Source: Prorocentrum cordatum (lineage: Eukaryota). From it: 64,000 nt of DNA. The notes beneath the pieces are model-generated. The model was not told the DNA's origin. It was given only the letters and a program-made list of their open reading frames with translations, and did no database searches. The position numbers and the translations under genes are program-made. Shown in pieces: positions 36,205-49,369 of this stretch. The stretch lies in the NCBI GenBank assembly GCA_963575745.1, contig CAUYUJ010000225.1:1116001-1180000 (forward strand). Reading direction: 5' to 3'. Each line of letters begins with the position of its first letter. Position 1 is the first letter of the stretch.

Positions 36205-36430
36205 GATGCGATTGTTGGCGGGCGGCCTGCTGGGGTGCATTTACGCCATAATACCAACATTGCAATGATTGAAACGCGTTCAACAAGATTGTTGGCGGGC
36301 GACCTGCCGGGGGGCGTTTATGCCCTGCGTGCCGAACCGTAGTGCATGAATTGCGTTCGATAAGATTGTCGGTGGGCGACCTGCCGGGGTGCGTTTATGC
36401 CCTGAGTGCCAAACCGTTGTGCATGACGTC
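36205..36430. repeat. ~78-bp tandem repeat x3 in the 3' region of the outer element
   Basis: gattgt.gg.gggcg.cctgc.gggg.gc.ttta.gcc recurs three times. Confidence 0.75.
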
Positions 36431-38619
36431 ATGCCCATGAAAATGTATAATGGACAAAAGTGAAAGGCAACGCACAGTAAAACTCCAAAGATGCATGGTA
36501 GAAATGCCAATGAGAAAGAATGTACACAACGATACACAATCATGCACTTCAAATCATCAAAACACGCATCGGTCACAGTGCGCGGGATCCCACATGTTTG
36601 CTGCGAGTGTCAAATTCTCCAACAGTGCGAATAGCAATGTGATCAAACCAGTCAATTGCACAATCATGCTTTTCGATCTAGATCCAGTTGTTGAGATAGC
36701 ACGACCAGTAGCGGCACGCGTTGTCGCTTTAGTGCTCGAGGTTCGCAGCTCCGCCGCTCCAGTCTGCGTCGCCAGGGGCAGGGCCGCCGGAAGACGCCGC
36801 GCCCGAGGAAGAGGCGGCGCCCATGGCAGGCCCACCGCGGCGCGGCGGCGGAGGAGAGGGTGACGGGGTAGAGCAGGGGTTGGTGAACCTCCTTGCCGAA
36901 GGGTTTACCCCCTGCGGCGGTCGCAACGGTGCGATGCCCCTTTCTGAGCTGCGCCAATGTCACGCGGTACTGGCCCGATTCGCCGATCCGGATGGCGCCT
37001 GCGCACATCTTGCACATGTGCTCATCGAAATTGGCAATGATGTCGGCGCGTGCTATTGTGTCCGTCTGGAATTTGGGCGCTCCTGCCTGGGCCGGTGCGT
37101 CAATCCGCTTGAAGGCGTTCCCACCAGCGCTCAACTCACGACCGAGATCACGGAAGGCCTGATCAGGGATAGAGCGAGCGCCGTCAGTGGCCAGATCGGC
37201 GGAAAGAGAGTCGCATCCCTTATCGGTCGTCTGATCTGATCTGGGAGATCGCCCATCATAAGGTCTCTGCGAGATAGGCGTATCGCTGTCATCACGGAGC
37301 ACTTCGGCGATTTGTGCCTGGGTGGGGGCGGCAGCTGATGAAGAGTTTCCTGGGTCAGACTTGGGCCCTGAGTCGAAGATCCCTCAGCATCGATCTCTGC
37401 AGATGGGCGCGGGGGACGATTGGCGTCAGCCGTGGAGATAGATGCGCAAGGGTGTTGTGCGTGCTCGAGACAGTCGTCTGGCCGATCCTGCCACAACGGG
37501 AACGTTGACTGAAGATATCCCTGGGGCGACACATCGAGCGCAAATGAGTCGGCCCACAGCGTTCGCACTGCACAGAGTCTCGGATGATTAGAGCCCCGCG
37601 AGCAATGGCGCGAAGGATCTTTGACGACACGCGCGCGTCATCGGACGGAGTTACCGAGAAAGGGAGAACGAAGGTAGGCGACATCAGTAACAGGCCTGGC
37701 AACCGTAGCGGTCTCCGTTGTCTTCTCGGTCTTCAGGCTGCGAATGACGTAAGGCATGGGGTCAATGGGTGGCCGCGGTCGGCCAGGTAGCGTCGTGTCA
37801 CGAGGTGGTGGCATAGGCGCGGGCGCGCCCGCCAGCGCTGAATCACCAGACGTCAGATCGCTCACAAGGGGCGCAGATGCAGGTGTGCCCACCAGCGCAA
37901 TGGCATCACCCACGCAACACTTACGCATATGACGGTATGAATCATCATCTCCATCTCGTCGCACTCGTCGCGGGCGTCGTGATCCACGTCCGTGACAGCG
38001 CTGCAGTGGATCGTGTCGCCGCAGTAGACCCGGCTGTGGGTGTTGCCACCGACGCTGGGCTGTCGTCTGGTGGCGGGACAGGGCTAAGCTGTCGTCGGGT
38101 GGCAGGTTTGGTCGGGGTGGTAAAGTAATCGCGCCACTTCTGCGCCGCGAGCTGGCAGACCTGGAGCGCCTCGGCGCTGTCCTGCAACCACCCGTCCGGC
38201 AACTTGTCGGGTGTGATAACGGGGTCACCCTCGCTGGCTTCGGAATGCAATTGGGCCAGTTGTCGTTTGGGCACCGCGTCGGTGATGACGTCGATGTTGT
38301 CGAGGTCGAAACGTGGGCGCCGTGGTTGTTGGCCTGTGATGACCAGAGTCTCTTCACGGATCACGCACGCTCGGTCCCGTCGTCGGACGTATTCTGTCGC
38401 AGCAGGGGATCGAGGCCTGTAGCGCATCGAAGGTGACCGTTCGCTGTTGCTGATGCTGCTTCCGTCGCCGCGAGAACGTTCTCGACTGCATCCGCGACTG
38501 GAGGCCCGCAAAAGTGAACGGCATTTTTGCGGGCGCCGCGCCTTCCATCGCATGTCCATCGCAACCTGATTAATCCACCTGCGGCCCCCCGGACTCCGCG
38601 AGCCCTGGCACCCCCCGCG

Positions 38620-39441
38620 CTAGGAGCGTCGATTGCTCCCCGCACGTCCAGGGGAGGACGCCCCGTTGTGGCCGCCCTGACTGCAGGCGCGGCTAGGGCT
38701 CCTCTTGGGGGCCTCTGCGTCAGACGCGATGTGGGCGTAGCGGCAGCTGTTGCCCTGCTTGCATTGTTTGCCCGGGTCGGCAATGAAGCTGTATTTCTCG
38801 ACGTGAGGCCATCTGCGCTGGTCTCGTCGCGGGCAGGTGCCATGTTTTGCGAAGGAACAACAGCAGTTCTTGGAGCCTCCGTCTGTGGCCGGCCGATGTG
38901 CGCCTCGCCCCGCGGAGGGTCGCTTCTCGCGGGGATCCGCGTCGATCTGCGACGCGCGCCCACGAGGTCGCGGCGTAGAACGGTTGCCAGAGTCAGTGCG
39001 CAGCAGTTTGCACCCTTCGCCGTTTTGGCAACGACCTGCCTTATTTGCTGCGCATGCGGCCAATTCGTGACGAGTTGTCTCGTCCTTGAGGTTGCGTTGG
39101 TTACGCTCGAGCTGGTACATCTCGACGTGGGCCAAAACGCGCCCTCGCAGCCAATCGTACGAGCGATTGGGGTCGCCCATCTTCATCTTGTTGCAGTCGT
39201 GCATGCCTTGCTTCATCCATGGGTGTCTGCGGATCTGAGCTCGAAACAATGACTCGAATATCTTCGTGTCCGGTGGGTCACGGCACTCCACAAGTAATTT
39301 GTCCCAGTCTACAATAAACCGTTGGAGATCATCGTCCAGCATGCGAATGAGCTGTAGACGTTCAAAATCGCGCATCGTGTCGTCGACGCCAGTGACCTTG
39401 TAGCCTTGCAGCATCGCCCAATAGATCTGTCCACCTTTCAA
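38620..39441 (-). pseudogene. Gag with three degenerate CCCH zinc fingers (outer element)
   Basis: GQIYWAMLQGYK...DDDLQRFIVDWDKLL...LFRAQIR...RSYDWL; fingers CAANKAGRCQNGEGCKLL[R], CCSFAKHGTCPRRDQ[R]RWPH, [Y]SFIADPGKQCKQGNSCRYAH. Confidence 0.75.
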
Positions 39442-41076
39442 CGAGCGGTCGGCATTATGCTCTCGAGCTTTGAAGCTCTTCGTTATTTAACGGACCTCAG
39501 TATTGAGAACGGTCGATAGTCCGGCGGCAAGCTTACAATCGATGCTCTCGAAATCGCCACTGTCTTGTAAGTCCTCAAATGTAGTGCCAGGCTGTTCGGC
39601 AACGCAGAGGACTGCGTTTGCCTTGGCAGGGCGTCCGGAGGCACTGCCAACATGTCCCCTGACAGTTTGCTGCCACTCCAAAACCGAGGAATGCGTGGCA
39701 GTTGAGGAGTACGTACAGTATCTGCTTCCTGGATCTGGGTGGTACCACCATGAGAATGCTGCGATGGAGTCTGTGATGGAATTGGTGGCATCGGCGATGG
39801 TGCACGCACAGGAGATACGTGACGTGTCTGTGTTGAGGCTGCTGCAGAGGCAGCTCCTGGTGACTTGCGTCGCGGTTGTCCTGCGCGGTTGTTGCCATCG
39901 GCGAGGGTCGGGGCACTGTCGGTGGTGGGCCCTGGCGGTTGCGAAAAGCAATGGATCTCGGCGTCGCTAACGCGAGCCTTCATGGCGGCTTCGGTGGTCG
40001 TGAGATCGACCTGCAACTGCTCGACGCTCTGTCGTAGACCACGTACCTCGTCGTTGGTGTCATAAGATCGCTGGGAGTACTGGCCCAGCCGATGCTCTAG
40101 GTCCTGGAATCGTCGGTTGTGTGCTTCGTGCCCTTGTTCCAATCGGTGAAGGCTTCCTCCGCCCGTGCCTTTTCAACGATTTTGTACTGGGGTCTCTGGG
40201 TGAGTCGTGGCTGCGCGTGGTCCGCCGCCCTCCTTACCTCGGCCATCTCGGCAACCAGGGGGGCGAAATCGTAAACCGAAGTCGGGGTGCCCAGCTGGCC
40301 AGTCTGGGTCCGTACAACGTGCAGCTCAGCCAGTGCAGCCTGCATTTCAAGTAACTGCTGCCCGACCGTGGAGAGTCGGTTCTCACGCGCTGGCACACGT
40401 CCCTCTGATGCATCAAGATGTTGAGCAATAGCCATCTCGGTCTCGGCAGTACACGGCTTGCCGTGCAACTCGGACGTGGTTGTGGCATGCTGGGAGTGGA
40501 GGTCGGCAGTGGTCCCACCAACGTGATCACGAAGCGCAATGAGGTCATCGCGGAGCTGTTGATCCGCACAGTCAGGGGCTCATCGTGCACTGTCCTGACG
40601 GCGGCAGAACCCGTGTTCCTGACGCTCACGAAATGCGCCTCCACTCGAAGGTGGTGGTCGTGAAGCGTCTGGATTGCAGCGAAGTCGGAACCTCGGTGTT
40701 GCTCGACGCAGTCGACTTGAAACTGGACCTGGGCGAGGATCGATCGATCTTCAGCGACCCGAGCGTCGACTAAGGCAAGGGCGCGGTGTAGCTCTTGCAT
40801 TGACGTGGCTGTCTGCGCAGCCAGACCCGAGTTCTCTTGGGCCGTGAAAGTTGTAACCTGGTCTCGAAGCTCGGCCAAATCGCTGGCTGGGGGCGACGCA
40901 CGCGGTGCAATGTCGTGTCGCTGGGAGCCTTGCCGGGAGCGCCTCTGAAAGGGGCTGCAACTATTGCCCCTACTGTGAGAATGGATGTGATACCGTTCTG
41001 GGGCCCTTCGCTGAAATGTCCGTCCCGCGCGATCTCCAACGACGCGCGCGTGTTCGGATGCAGACGCGTTAGTGGG

Positions 41077-41306
41077 CCTCGTTATCGCTCTCGCTTCTTC
41101 CTCGCTCGTGTCCTTCTCGTCGAGGCGGGGCCAGATCCATAGAACCTCGGCCGTCTGACCGAAGCCCACACTTGCGGCCAATCCCCCGCTGCTTCTGCTC
41201 TGGGAGATAGGCGCTCCTTTCTGCTTGGGCCCAAACGCCGGCGCAAAGGTAAGCGTGTCAGTGCAATGAAACAAGGGGAACATGGGTCTTGACCCCCCAC
41301 AGCCCA
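41077..41306 (-). repeat. 3' LTR of the inner Copia
   Basis: Matches 54283-54467 apart from a ~43-bp indel. Confidence 0.9.
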
Positions 41307-42374
41307 CGCTCATATTAGTTTCTCTGACTAAGTACGCCTGCGAGCCGACGCTGGCTCAGTTCAATACAAAGAAATGCATAGAGAGCGAGCCGACACTCTG
41401 TTCAACAACAAGAGATATACATATAGAGCGAACCGACACTGGTTCGGTTCAACACATCAAGAAGGGGGATATGCATGAATATGGAGGTGCCGCTCACTCA
41501 TGAGAGACTGCATCAAACAATCTCATCCCGTCGAGGATCGCCCGGCCGTCGGTGTCCTGGCACGGCCCAAGAGCTCCTGCTTCTGCTTCTCGAGGCGGAT
41601 CACCTTGACGTCAGCGCGCAGCTCCTTCTCCTCGGGACACCACTTCGTGTCTCTGTCCACGAGTTGTGCGTCGCATAGACGGCAGCGCACCTTCCCCCTT
41701 CTCCTTGTACTGGGTGCACACGCTCATCTGGGTCAAGTCGACTTGAAGTCCTGAACTTGCCCTTTCCTTTCTCGGTGCCTTTTCCCTTCGGGAGGTCTTC
41801 CGTGTCGTGACTGGCTCTGCGGCACTTGCTGCGTCCGGCAACCACCTGCAAATATGCCTCTAAGATCTCTTCCTCCAGTACATCGCCCCGGTCGTGCTCC
41901 ACCTGCTTGTGGGATTCGTGCCTCGACCGCCCATGCAGTCTGCGAGCCCTGTCCATCGGCAATTCCGTAGTCTTCTTCCTGGTGGTCGATCCTCTGGACT
42001 GCTGTCTGCCCGGGAATCTCGACCCATTCATCGCCATCGTTCGGAACAGGGCTGTTGTGGTTGGCCTCCTTGCGGGTCCTCGGCCGACGCTCGCACTGGC
42101 CCACCGCCATCCGACATGCTGCACATGCCACCATAGCAGCACTGGCTCCAGCGGCGCCTCCTCCGATCTCCTCGGTCTCGGCGCCCGCGGCGTCCATCAT
42201 GTAGATCTCCTTCACGTCGTCCAGATCCGCCGGGTCGTCCGTGCTCTGGTTCTCGTCCGAAATGATGTTCACGTCCTCGCGGTGCTCGATGTCGCTGGTC
42301 GCGTCCATCTCCTTCAGGTTATGTTTCTCCGTAAAATCCTTCCCGTAGCGCTCGAGAGCCTCCTTGGTCGGTGC

Positions 42375-44338
42375 TTATATTGTCAGCAACTTGCGCGCAT
42401 GGGTCGGAGTCCTCCGATGCTTTGCCCCTTGGTCCAGTCCCGACCAATCGACCATGTCCTCGAGCTTCTCGTAGTAGACGTCGTCCTCGCGCTGGCCCAG
42501 CATCATCCGCCAACGGAGGTAGTGCTTAGGCGCTGGTCGAGCTGCTCGCGCAATGCACCCCAAGTCCGCGATGCAGTCCTCGAAGTAGGCGCAGCCTTCC
42601 CGTACGAAGGGCTGGTCGGCAGGCCGATGCCGACGAGAATACTTCGAGCGGTAGCACTCGCCCCTGCGACCCTTCAGCTCCATCCGTTGCTCGGAGATCA
42701 CCTGCCCTGCCATGGGGTCCTCCGTCAACCGGCACTCGCCCGTCCGGAGCGCGTGCCTCATGTAGTCGCCCGTGCGGACGTCCTGCTTGGTAAGACAGTC
42801 GGCGAGCATCTGCTCGGTGTTCACCCACTTGCTCACCACGTCGCTGAACTCTACTTCGTTTCTAAGCGACTCGATGTCGATGAGCAGCCGCTTCTCGGAC
42901 GGGACCGCCCGTCGCTTCTGCAGCAAAACGTAGAGCGACTTACAATCCGTGACCTCCACCTTATTGATCGCCTTTTCGTCGTCCATGTGGGTCCGGTAGC
43001 CCAGCCCGCGGTGCAACTTCACCAGGTGCTGTCTCAACAGGTCGCCACTCTCGACTGCTTCCAGCGCTGCCATCGTCTCGGCTGCCAGGGTACTCCGTAC
43101 CACTCGCTTGATGCGATGTGATCGCCACAACATCGGGGTAACCTTAGCAGGCTGCCCACGTGGGAACTGATCGCGAGTGTTGTCAGCGAGCAAGATGACC
43201 AGGCCAGCCTGGCTAGCGGTCTTCGTCTTGCTCATGTTCCCGTGGCTCGAGTCTCCCAATGCCACCGCAATCACGTTGATCATGTCCAGCTTCTGGAAGG
43301 TTCTGTCCACGTGGACGGTCTTGGCGTCGCTCGCGAGCTCGCTAAAATCGAACAGGTCCTGCCCCTTCAAGTCGCTGTCGCGAGCCCGAGCTTGACTTTC
43401 CAACGGCCGAAACGCCAAATCCATCCTCGTAGAGCGGACCAGCCACTGAATCTGGCCGTTGCCACTGTGGACCATAGCCCTTTCCTCTGCCGTGGCATTT
43501 GCCTCCTTGGTCTTGCGACGCTCGGCCGAGATGGGTATTTTCTCGATGCTCTCCGTGTGCTCCTTCTGGCTGCATGATCGCGCCGTCGTCGTTCTGCTTG
43601 AGGAGGCGCCCGCCAGTGGTGGAAACCAGTCTTCGCCGTCTGTCACTTGCCGCAGCAGTGCACTTTCCTCAGCATGGCCACCTGGTTCGCGAAGAACTCG
43701 GGCGATCCCGCGACGAGGTCGTCGTCGACGTGCGTCCCGATCAGGCCGATTAGCTCCCCCCTCTCGTCGTGGAAGATGAAGCGGGCCGGGCAGAGCTTGG
43801 ATCTCGAATCCCTGGGAAGCGACAGGATGGCATCGCGATGCTCCAGGCACCACAACAGGGGTGCATCGTTCAACCCGTCGATGCCCTTCTTCGCCTTCAG
43901 GACAGTCCCTTCTGGGACGAATGGCCATCCCAGCTCCGGCACCGCGGGCATGCCGCCCTTGGGAACACGAAGGTACACTCGCCTGGAGCTGTCGAGTCAT
44001 CTCCCCTTCAAAAATGCCGCATCCACGTCCCCCTGCTCAAGACTCCAGCCAGGCTGGCTGGCGGCTTCCTGGGTGATCACCGCCGTGGCCGTGTCTGTGA
44101 GCGTCGGTGCGTTCGTCTGCAGCTCGCCCGCGGGCAACTGCTTGTCCTTGTAGCCCGGGACGATGTTCCGTGACTTCGCCTTCAGATGCTGCTCGCACGA
44201 GAGGCTTCCTCTCGCAGGTTCATTCTTGTCGGCGCAGACGCGCCCCATGGGCAGGATGTCCGCCTTCTCGACGCCCACCAGCTCCTCTTCATGCGTCGCA
44301 CTGAATCCACTCACGCCACTCTGCCAGGTCACTCGCAC
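42375..44338 (-). pseudogene. Copia reverse transcriptase + RNase H (frameshifted)
   Basis: KAKSRNIVPGYKD, TNAPT, GDVDAAFLKG, KKGIDGLNDAPLLW, HVDDDL; RNase H GDSSHGN, RVVRSTLAAE, VTDCKSLY, WVNTEQMLADCLTK. Confidence 0.93.
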
Positions 44339-45112
44339 CGACTGCCGTCTTCCATTCTGGCGGGATGCTGCGCAGTGCCCGACCTTCCTTCGGGATGACC
44401 TGCTTCTTCGCGGTGTCAGTCTTCCTGGCCACGAATGCGTCCCTCGAGCGATTCTTCACCTCGAGGAAGAGTACTTCGTCGTCGATCTCGTCGTCCTCGA
44501 TCATCGTCGTCAGGTAGCGATCGCTGTACAGGGGCCCTCGAGAACCAGGCTGTGGTGCAGGTTCTGGCTGTCCTTCTTGCTCAGGTTGTTGCTGCGGATC
44601 GCTCGGCACAGCTGCCGCGCCCAAGTCCGCGGCGCGCCCCCGCCCAACTGCATCAGGCACAGGCCGGGCCGTTAGCCGTAACATCTTGCATGTCGTCTCC
44701 ATCCCCAGGTGTATCTTCATCTCTAACATCCTGCATGTCGTTTCCATCTCCAGGTGGTGGTGGTACTTCGGGTAGCACTCCAGTTTCAGGTGCGTCATCC
44801 TCCTTGACCTGCTTCTCTGACCTGGGAATAGCCTCGTGCCTCCTCGGGGGACGCAGTGCAGCTTCCTCTGCCCGTGGCGCCTTGGTAGCCGACGCGTCGC
44901 CCACAGCGTCCTCGTTGTCGGAGTCGCCGTCGCCCGTCTTGCGACGCCTGCCGCGCTGGCCATCGAGCCCGTCAAGTCCAAGCCGCGCTAGTCCCCGAAG
45001 CCCTTCAGGAGGGTAGGTCCTCCGCGCCACTGCGACAACTGCCTGGCGGCGAGGTCCTCGTTCTCCACCACCTCGGCTTCGCCGCGAGAGGCATGCCGCA
45101 CCTGCTCAGGCG

Positions 45113-46173
45113 TCACGAGCACCGGCCTGGCACCCCGCGGCAGCTGGGGCGTAGCCTCGCATGGCCCTCGGCCGCCAGCGCAATTGCTGGGCCGCGCCAC
45201 TGGCGCTCGCCTTGTAGCCGCTTCGACTTCACGTGCTTCACCTCAAGCCAATAGAACACCAGCTGGCCCGGCACGAACGGCCCGCGCGGCGGACGAACCC
45301 GACCAACCGTGGCCCTTCTCGCTGCATCGTCGCTGTCCAGCTCGAAGGACGCCCGGTTCGCCGCAGCGCGAATCTGCTCGGCCCCTCTGGGACCGCCCTC
45401 GAAAAGTGCTGCGCTCTGCGCCACCAGCTGCCTCCGATCGCCCTCCGTCGCCTCGATCAGCGAGGCCGGGACGTTAGTAGGCGATCGTCCCAGTACATGC
45501 TGATAGGGCGTGAAACCATTCCGTCGAGCGCGGTTGTTGCACGTGCTCGCTATCGCCGAAGTCCACGCGGATGGGTCGTCACTCTTGGTGAGCTGCACAT
45601 CGCGTTTCAGGCGCTGGAAATGGTCCTTGAAGAAATCGATGGCCCGCCCCACTCATCCTTTGAGCTGAGACGCCTCTGCCGGGACCGGCCTCATCAGGAT
45701 GTTGCGCTCTTCGCCGATCTCCGCGAACCGCTGCGCGATGTGGCCCTTCGCTGCATCGTAGCCCTTCGCTGTATCGTAGTATAGTACCTTCAGAGGGCCA
45801 GCCCATGCTAGCCATCCTTGCCAGAAGCAGCGAAGGCTCTCCTCACCCGAGATGGATCGCATTGCCGCAGTATTGCATGATGACCCTGAACCTCGACGCG
45901 ACCTCCAGAATCGCCATCACCATCAACCATGTCCTGTCTGAGAGAATCGCCTCGGCTTCGTCCAGAAACATATTCTCGTTGAGCTCTGTCGAGAGCTTCA
46001 GGTTGGCCGATCTCGTCGCGCTGGGCCTCCCGAGCTCCTTGCACACGACACAGCCCAATTTGTCCACCGCGTCGAGCACCTTCTGCGACGGCCCGTTGGG
46101 CGTCAGGCGTCGCTTGAGCGCGTGCGCCGACGGATGGCTCAGGTTCAAGTGGAGCTTCCTCAGGGCGCCCCAC
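45113..46173 (-). pseudogene. Integrase (HHCC + core, frameshifted)
   Basis: LRKLHLNLSHPS...LGCVVC; WLAWAGPLKVLYYD; PAEASQLKG; NGFTPYQHVLGRSP; GQLVFYW..WRGPA. Confidence 0.88.
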
Positions 46174-46619
46174 TGAGCCGCGGTGATGTCCGAAGGTTTG
46201 TCGCCAAAGCTCTCACCTGCGCGATGTAGGTCTCGATGTACTGCGTCTGCTTCACGATCGTCGGGCTTGAATGCTTCCGGTCGGCTGCCGAGTAGGGGTA
46301 CCGCCCCGGGGAGGGACGTCTGCACCGTCGGCTCCTTCACATAGATCGCGACCACCGTGTCGGCTGGATGCCTGACGGCCAGCTCGACTGTCGCGAAGTT
46401 CGGGTCGTCCGCGTAGGAGTCGGAGAAACGGGCAGCGCGCCCGCGTCGGTGCACGTGCCGTAGATGCGCCGCAAAGCTCCGCGAGGCGCAGGGATAGCCT
46501 CGTTCTGTCTCAGCAAGCGTGCGTCGATCAGGTCCTTCCTCAGCTTGAACTCCTTGGCCACCAAACCTTCGTTGCACCGCCTCCGACCCCCAGCTTCTCC
46601 AGGTCGGTGCGCCGCGCCA

Positions 46620-47275
46620 ACTCATGAGTACCAGCACTCACCAGGGTCTTGCCCAAGTCGTCCGGCCAGGCGCTGGCCCTCGAGATCAACGCGCCTCGTC
46701 CGACCGCGTCGGCACGTCCGTGGCGCTGGTCGCACTTGCGATCGAGCCACCGCGGAAAACATGAACCGTTGGGTACCAGCATACGCGTGGCCTTCCGAAT
46801 CGGCGTGCCGCAGTCATCCGCCAGTCCGAACATGCACTGGTGTAGCGTAACCATCTCGCACAGTGGAGGTCGCTCACAATGCCACCGCAACAGATCCATG
46901 ACCGGCTCGTCGTTCCAAGCACGGCTCGTGAGAGGGCCCTCGCCGATGCCGATGCGTCCACCTTCAGCTTGAGTCTGGAGCACCTTCGCCGAAAATTCAA
47001 ACAATGGCCTGAACTCATCGATGAGATCGTCCACCCGGTCGCCCATGCCCTGAGCTCGCTGAAACTCTTGCACGTTCGAGAAAGGTGCGCGCGGGAACGC
47101 GACCGAGACCATCTAAGGCTCCAAGGTCTTTATCAGGAACAGAAAATCCGACTGGGTCTGGGCGTCGTCGAAGTTAACCCCGATCGACAAATCCGAGGGG
47201 GTCGCGTTCGCATGGCCACCCTTCGAGGCCACGCGAGTGAAGCGAGCCTCTTTCGCAAGCAACTCCCACAGGAAT
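46620..47275 (-). pseudogene. C5 DNA-methyltransferase-like domain between protease and integrase
   Basis: Motif I-like LWELLAKEARFT; IV-like VAFP[R]APFS (CGC for TGC); VI-like IGEGP (ENP); VIII-like HQCMFGL..PIRKAT; X-like ASAWPDDLGKTLV. One in-frame TAG at 47113-47115. Confidence 0.6.
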
Positions 47276-47559
47276 GTCTCCAGGTTGTCCCGAAGTACGT
47301 CGAAGATGGCCGAGTACTCCTTCATCAGCTTGTCGACCCGTTTGGGCGCGTCCTTCTTGAATCTGCCCGTGCTGCCGTTCTTCAGAGCCTCCGCGACCCA
47401 CGAATCGGCGTGCTCCTTCACCTGGAAGCCCGGCTCGTACTCCTGCAGCGTCTCCGCGACCAGGAACGCGCCCGGCTCGAACTGCATCTCGCCCACGCGG
47501 AACCTCTCGAAGAGAGTCTTCGACTCGTACGACTCAAGGTCGTAGTCGAAGAGGTCGAG

Positions 47560-48057
47560 CCCAGCATGCCCACCAGGCAGCTTCACCAGCTCCTTGCCGT
47601 GCACCCCAAGCTCCGGGAAGTCCGCCCAGTGCCCGTCCTCGCGCATGTAGAGGTTTGTTTTCCACTCGGCGAGGTCCTTCCTGCTCGTCAGGCCGACCAT
47701 GTCGCCAGGGATCTCGAAGTACTCCTGCAGCACGTGCGTCTTCCCGATGCCCACTGGGATGATCCACTTCTGTTTCGACTCACGTCGTGCTCCACCGAGT
47801 CCCTTGAACTTCTGGCGTGCCTCCACCTTGATGGGCCTAAGACCGTACATTGCCAGCTCTGCCTCGACGCGATCAAGCCATCCGCGTCCTGCAACTGCGA
47901 TCGAGGCCCCGCTGTCCACTTGGGAAGCTGGCGTGACGTCGCTGGAGATCATCACCTCGAGATCGGGCCTGTCCGGCACGATCGGATCGCTGTCCAACTT
48001 CACCATCATGGTGTCGTAGTCCTTCTCGAGCTGCATGTGGATGTAGGTCGCGTGAGG
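47560..48057 (-). pseudogene. Copia aspartic protease
   Basis: QVDSGASIAVAGRGW...FKGLGG...IPVGIG...GLTSRKDL. Confidence 0.85.
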
Positions 48058-48483
48058 ATGGTGCACCCTGCTGCCCCAGTCCGGTGGGCCCGGCCGGATC
48101 CGGCGCTGCTGTCAGATCCGGTGGGTCCGGTGGGTCCGGCGAGTCCGGTGAGTCCGGCGGGTCCGGGGAGTCCCGTGTGTCCGACGAGTCTGGTCCAGCG
48201 GGTCCTGTGAGTCTGGTGCCCCCTCCGCTGGCGCCGGTGGGTCCGGTGAGTCCGGTGAGTCCGGTGAGTCGGGCGAGTCTGGTGAGGCCATATGAAACCT
48301 GTTTTCGGGCCCTGGGACCGCTGGAACTCGGTCCGGGACGCACTCAAACTCCAGATTCAAGGCCCGACCTGCACTCACACTCAGACTCTCCCACCCTCGC
48401 ACTCAGTCATATCTCATACTCAGACTCATCCGCACTCAGACTCACTCACACCCAGACTCAAGCACAATCGAACTCAATAGCAC

Positions 48484-49324
48484 ACAGACCTATTCACACA
48501 GACCACTCACACTCCTAGAATCTTAAGCTCATACACTCACACTCCGGCGCGCACTCATATACACTCACACTCCACTTCTCCTCCGCCCTCTCATTCTCGT
48601 ACTCCTCATCCTCCTCCCGCTACCCAATTCCGTTCGCTCTCCTCTCCCCCCTCGTTTTCCTCCTTCTCCTCATCCTTTTTCCCCCTCCTCGCTCCCCTCG
48701 TCATTCTCTCCCTGATCAAGATCATTCGCCTGGGCATCGTTGCTGGATGGACATCGACGCATACAGACCCATTCACAAACAGACCACTCACACTCCTAGA
48801 AGCTTGAGCTCATGCACACTCACACTCAGGCGCACATCCATATACACTCACACTCCACTTCTCCTCCGCCCTCTCATTCTCGTACTCCTCATCCTCCTCC
48901 CGCTACCCAATTCCGTTCGCTCTCCTCTCCCCCCTCGTTTTCCTCCTTCTCCTCATCCTTTTTCCCCCTCCTCGCTCCCCTCGTCATTCTCTCCCTGATC
49001 AAGATCATTCGCCTGGGCATCGTTGCTGGATGGACATCGACGCATACAGACCCATTCACAAACAGACCACTCACACTCCTAGAAGCTTGAGCTCATGCAC
49101 ACTCACACTCAGGCGCACATCCATATACACTCACACTCCACTTCTCCTCCCCCATCTCATTCTCGTACTCCTCATCCTCCTCCCGCTGCCCAATTCCGTT
49201 CGCTCTCCTCCTCCCCCTTGTTTTCCTCCTTCTCCTCATCCTCTGTCCCCCTCCTCGCTCCACTCCCCATCCTCTCCCTGATCAAGATAATTCGCCTGGG
49301 CATCGTTGCTGGATGGGCATCGAC
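48484..49324. repeat. 283-bp tandem repeat, ~3 copies
   Basis: Identical ORF translations offset by 283 (48606/48889) and near-identical ones at 48747/49030. Confidence 0.93.
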
Positions 49325-49369
49325 TGCAGGGGCCGATAGACGCATTAGGGCCACTTGTGGCAATCGTCT

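Noticed and set aside
41826..48210. Long plus-strand ORFs (431 aa and 443 aa)
   Set aside because: They are antisense shadows of GC-rich Copia pol; the motifs are on the minus strand.
47873..48402. PDS/GPT-repeat linker as part of Copia gag-pol
   Set aside because: It lies inside the AT-TSD TIR insertion; the host frame joins without it.
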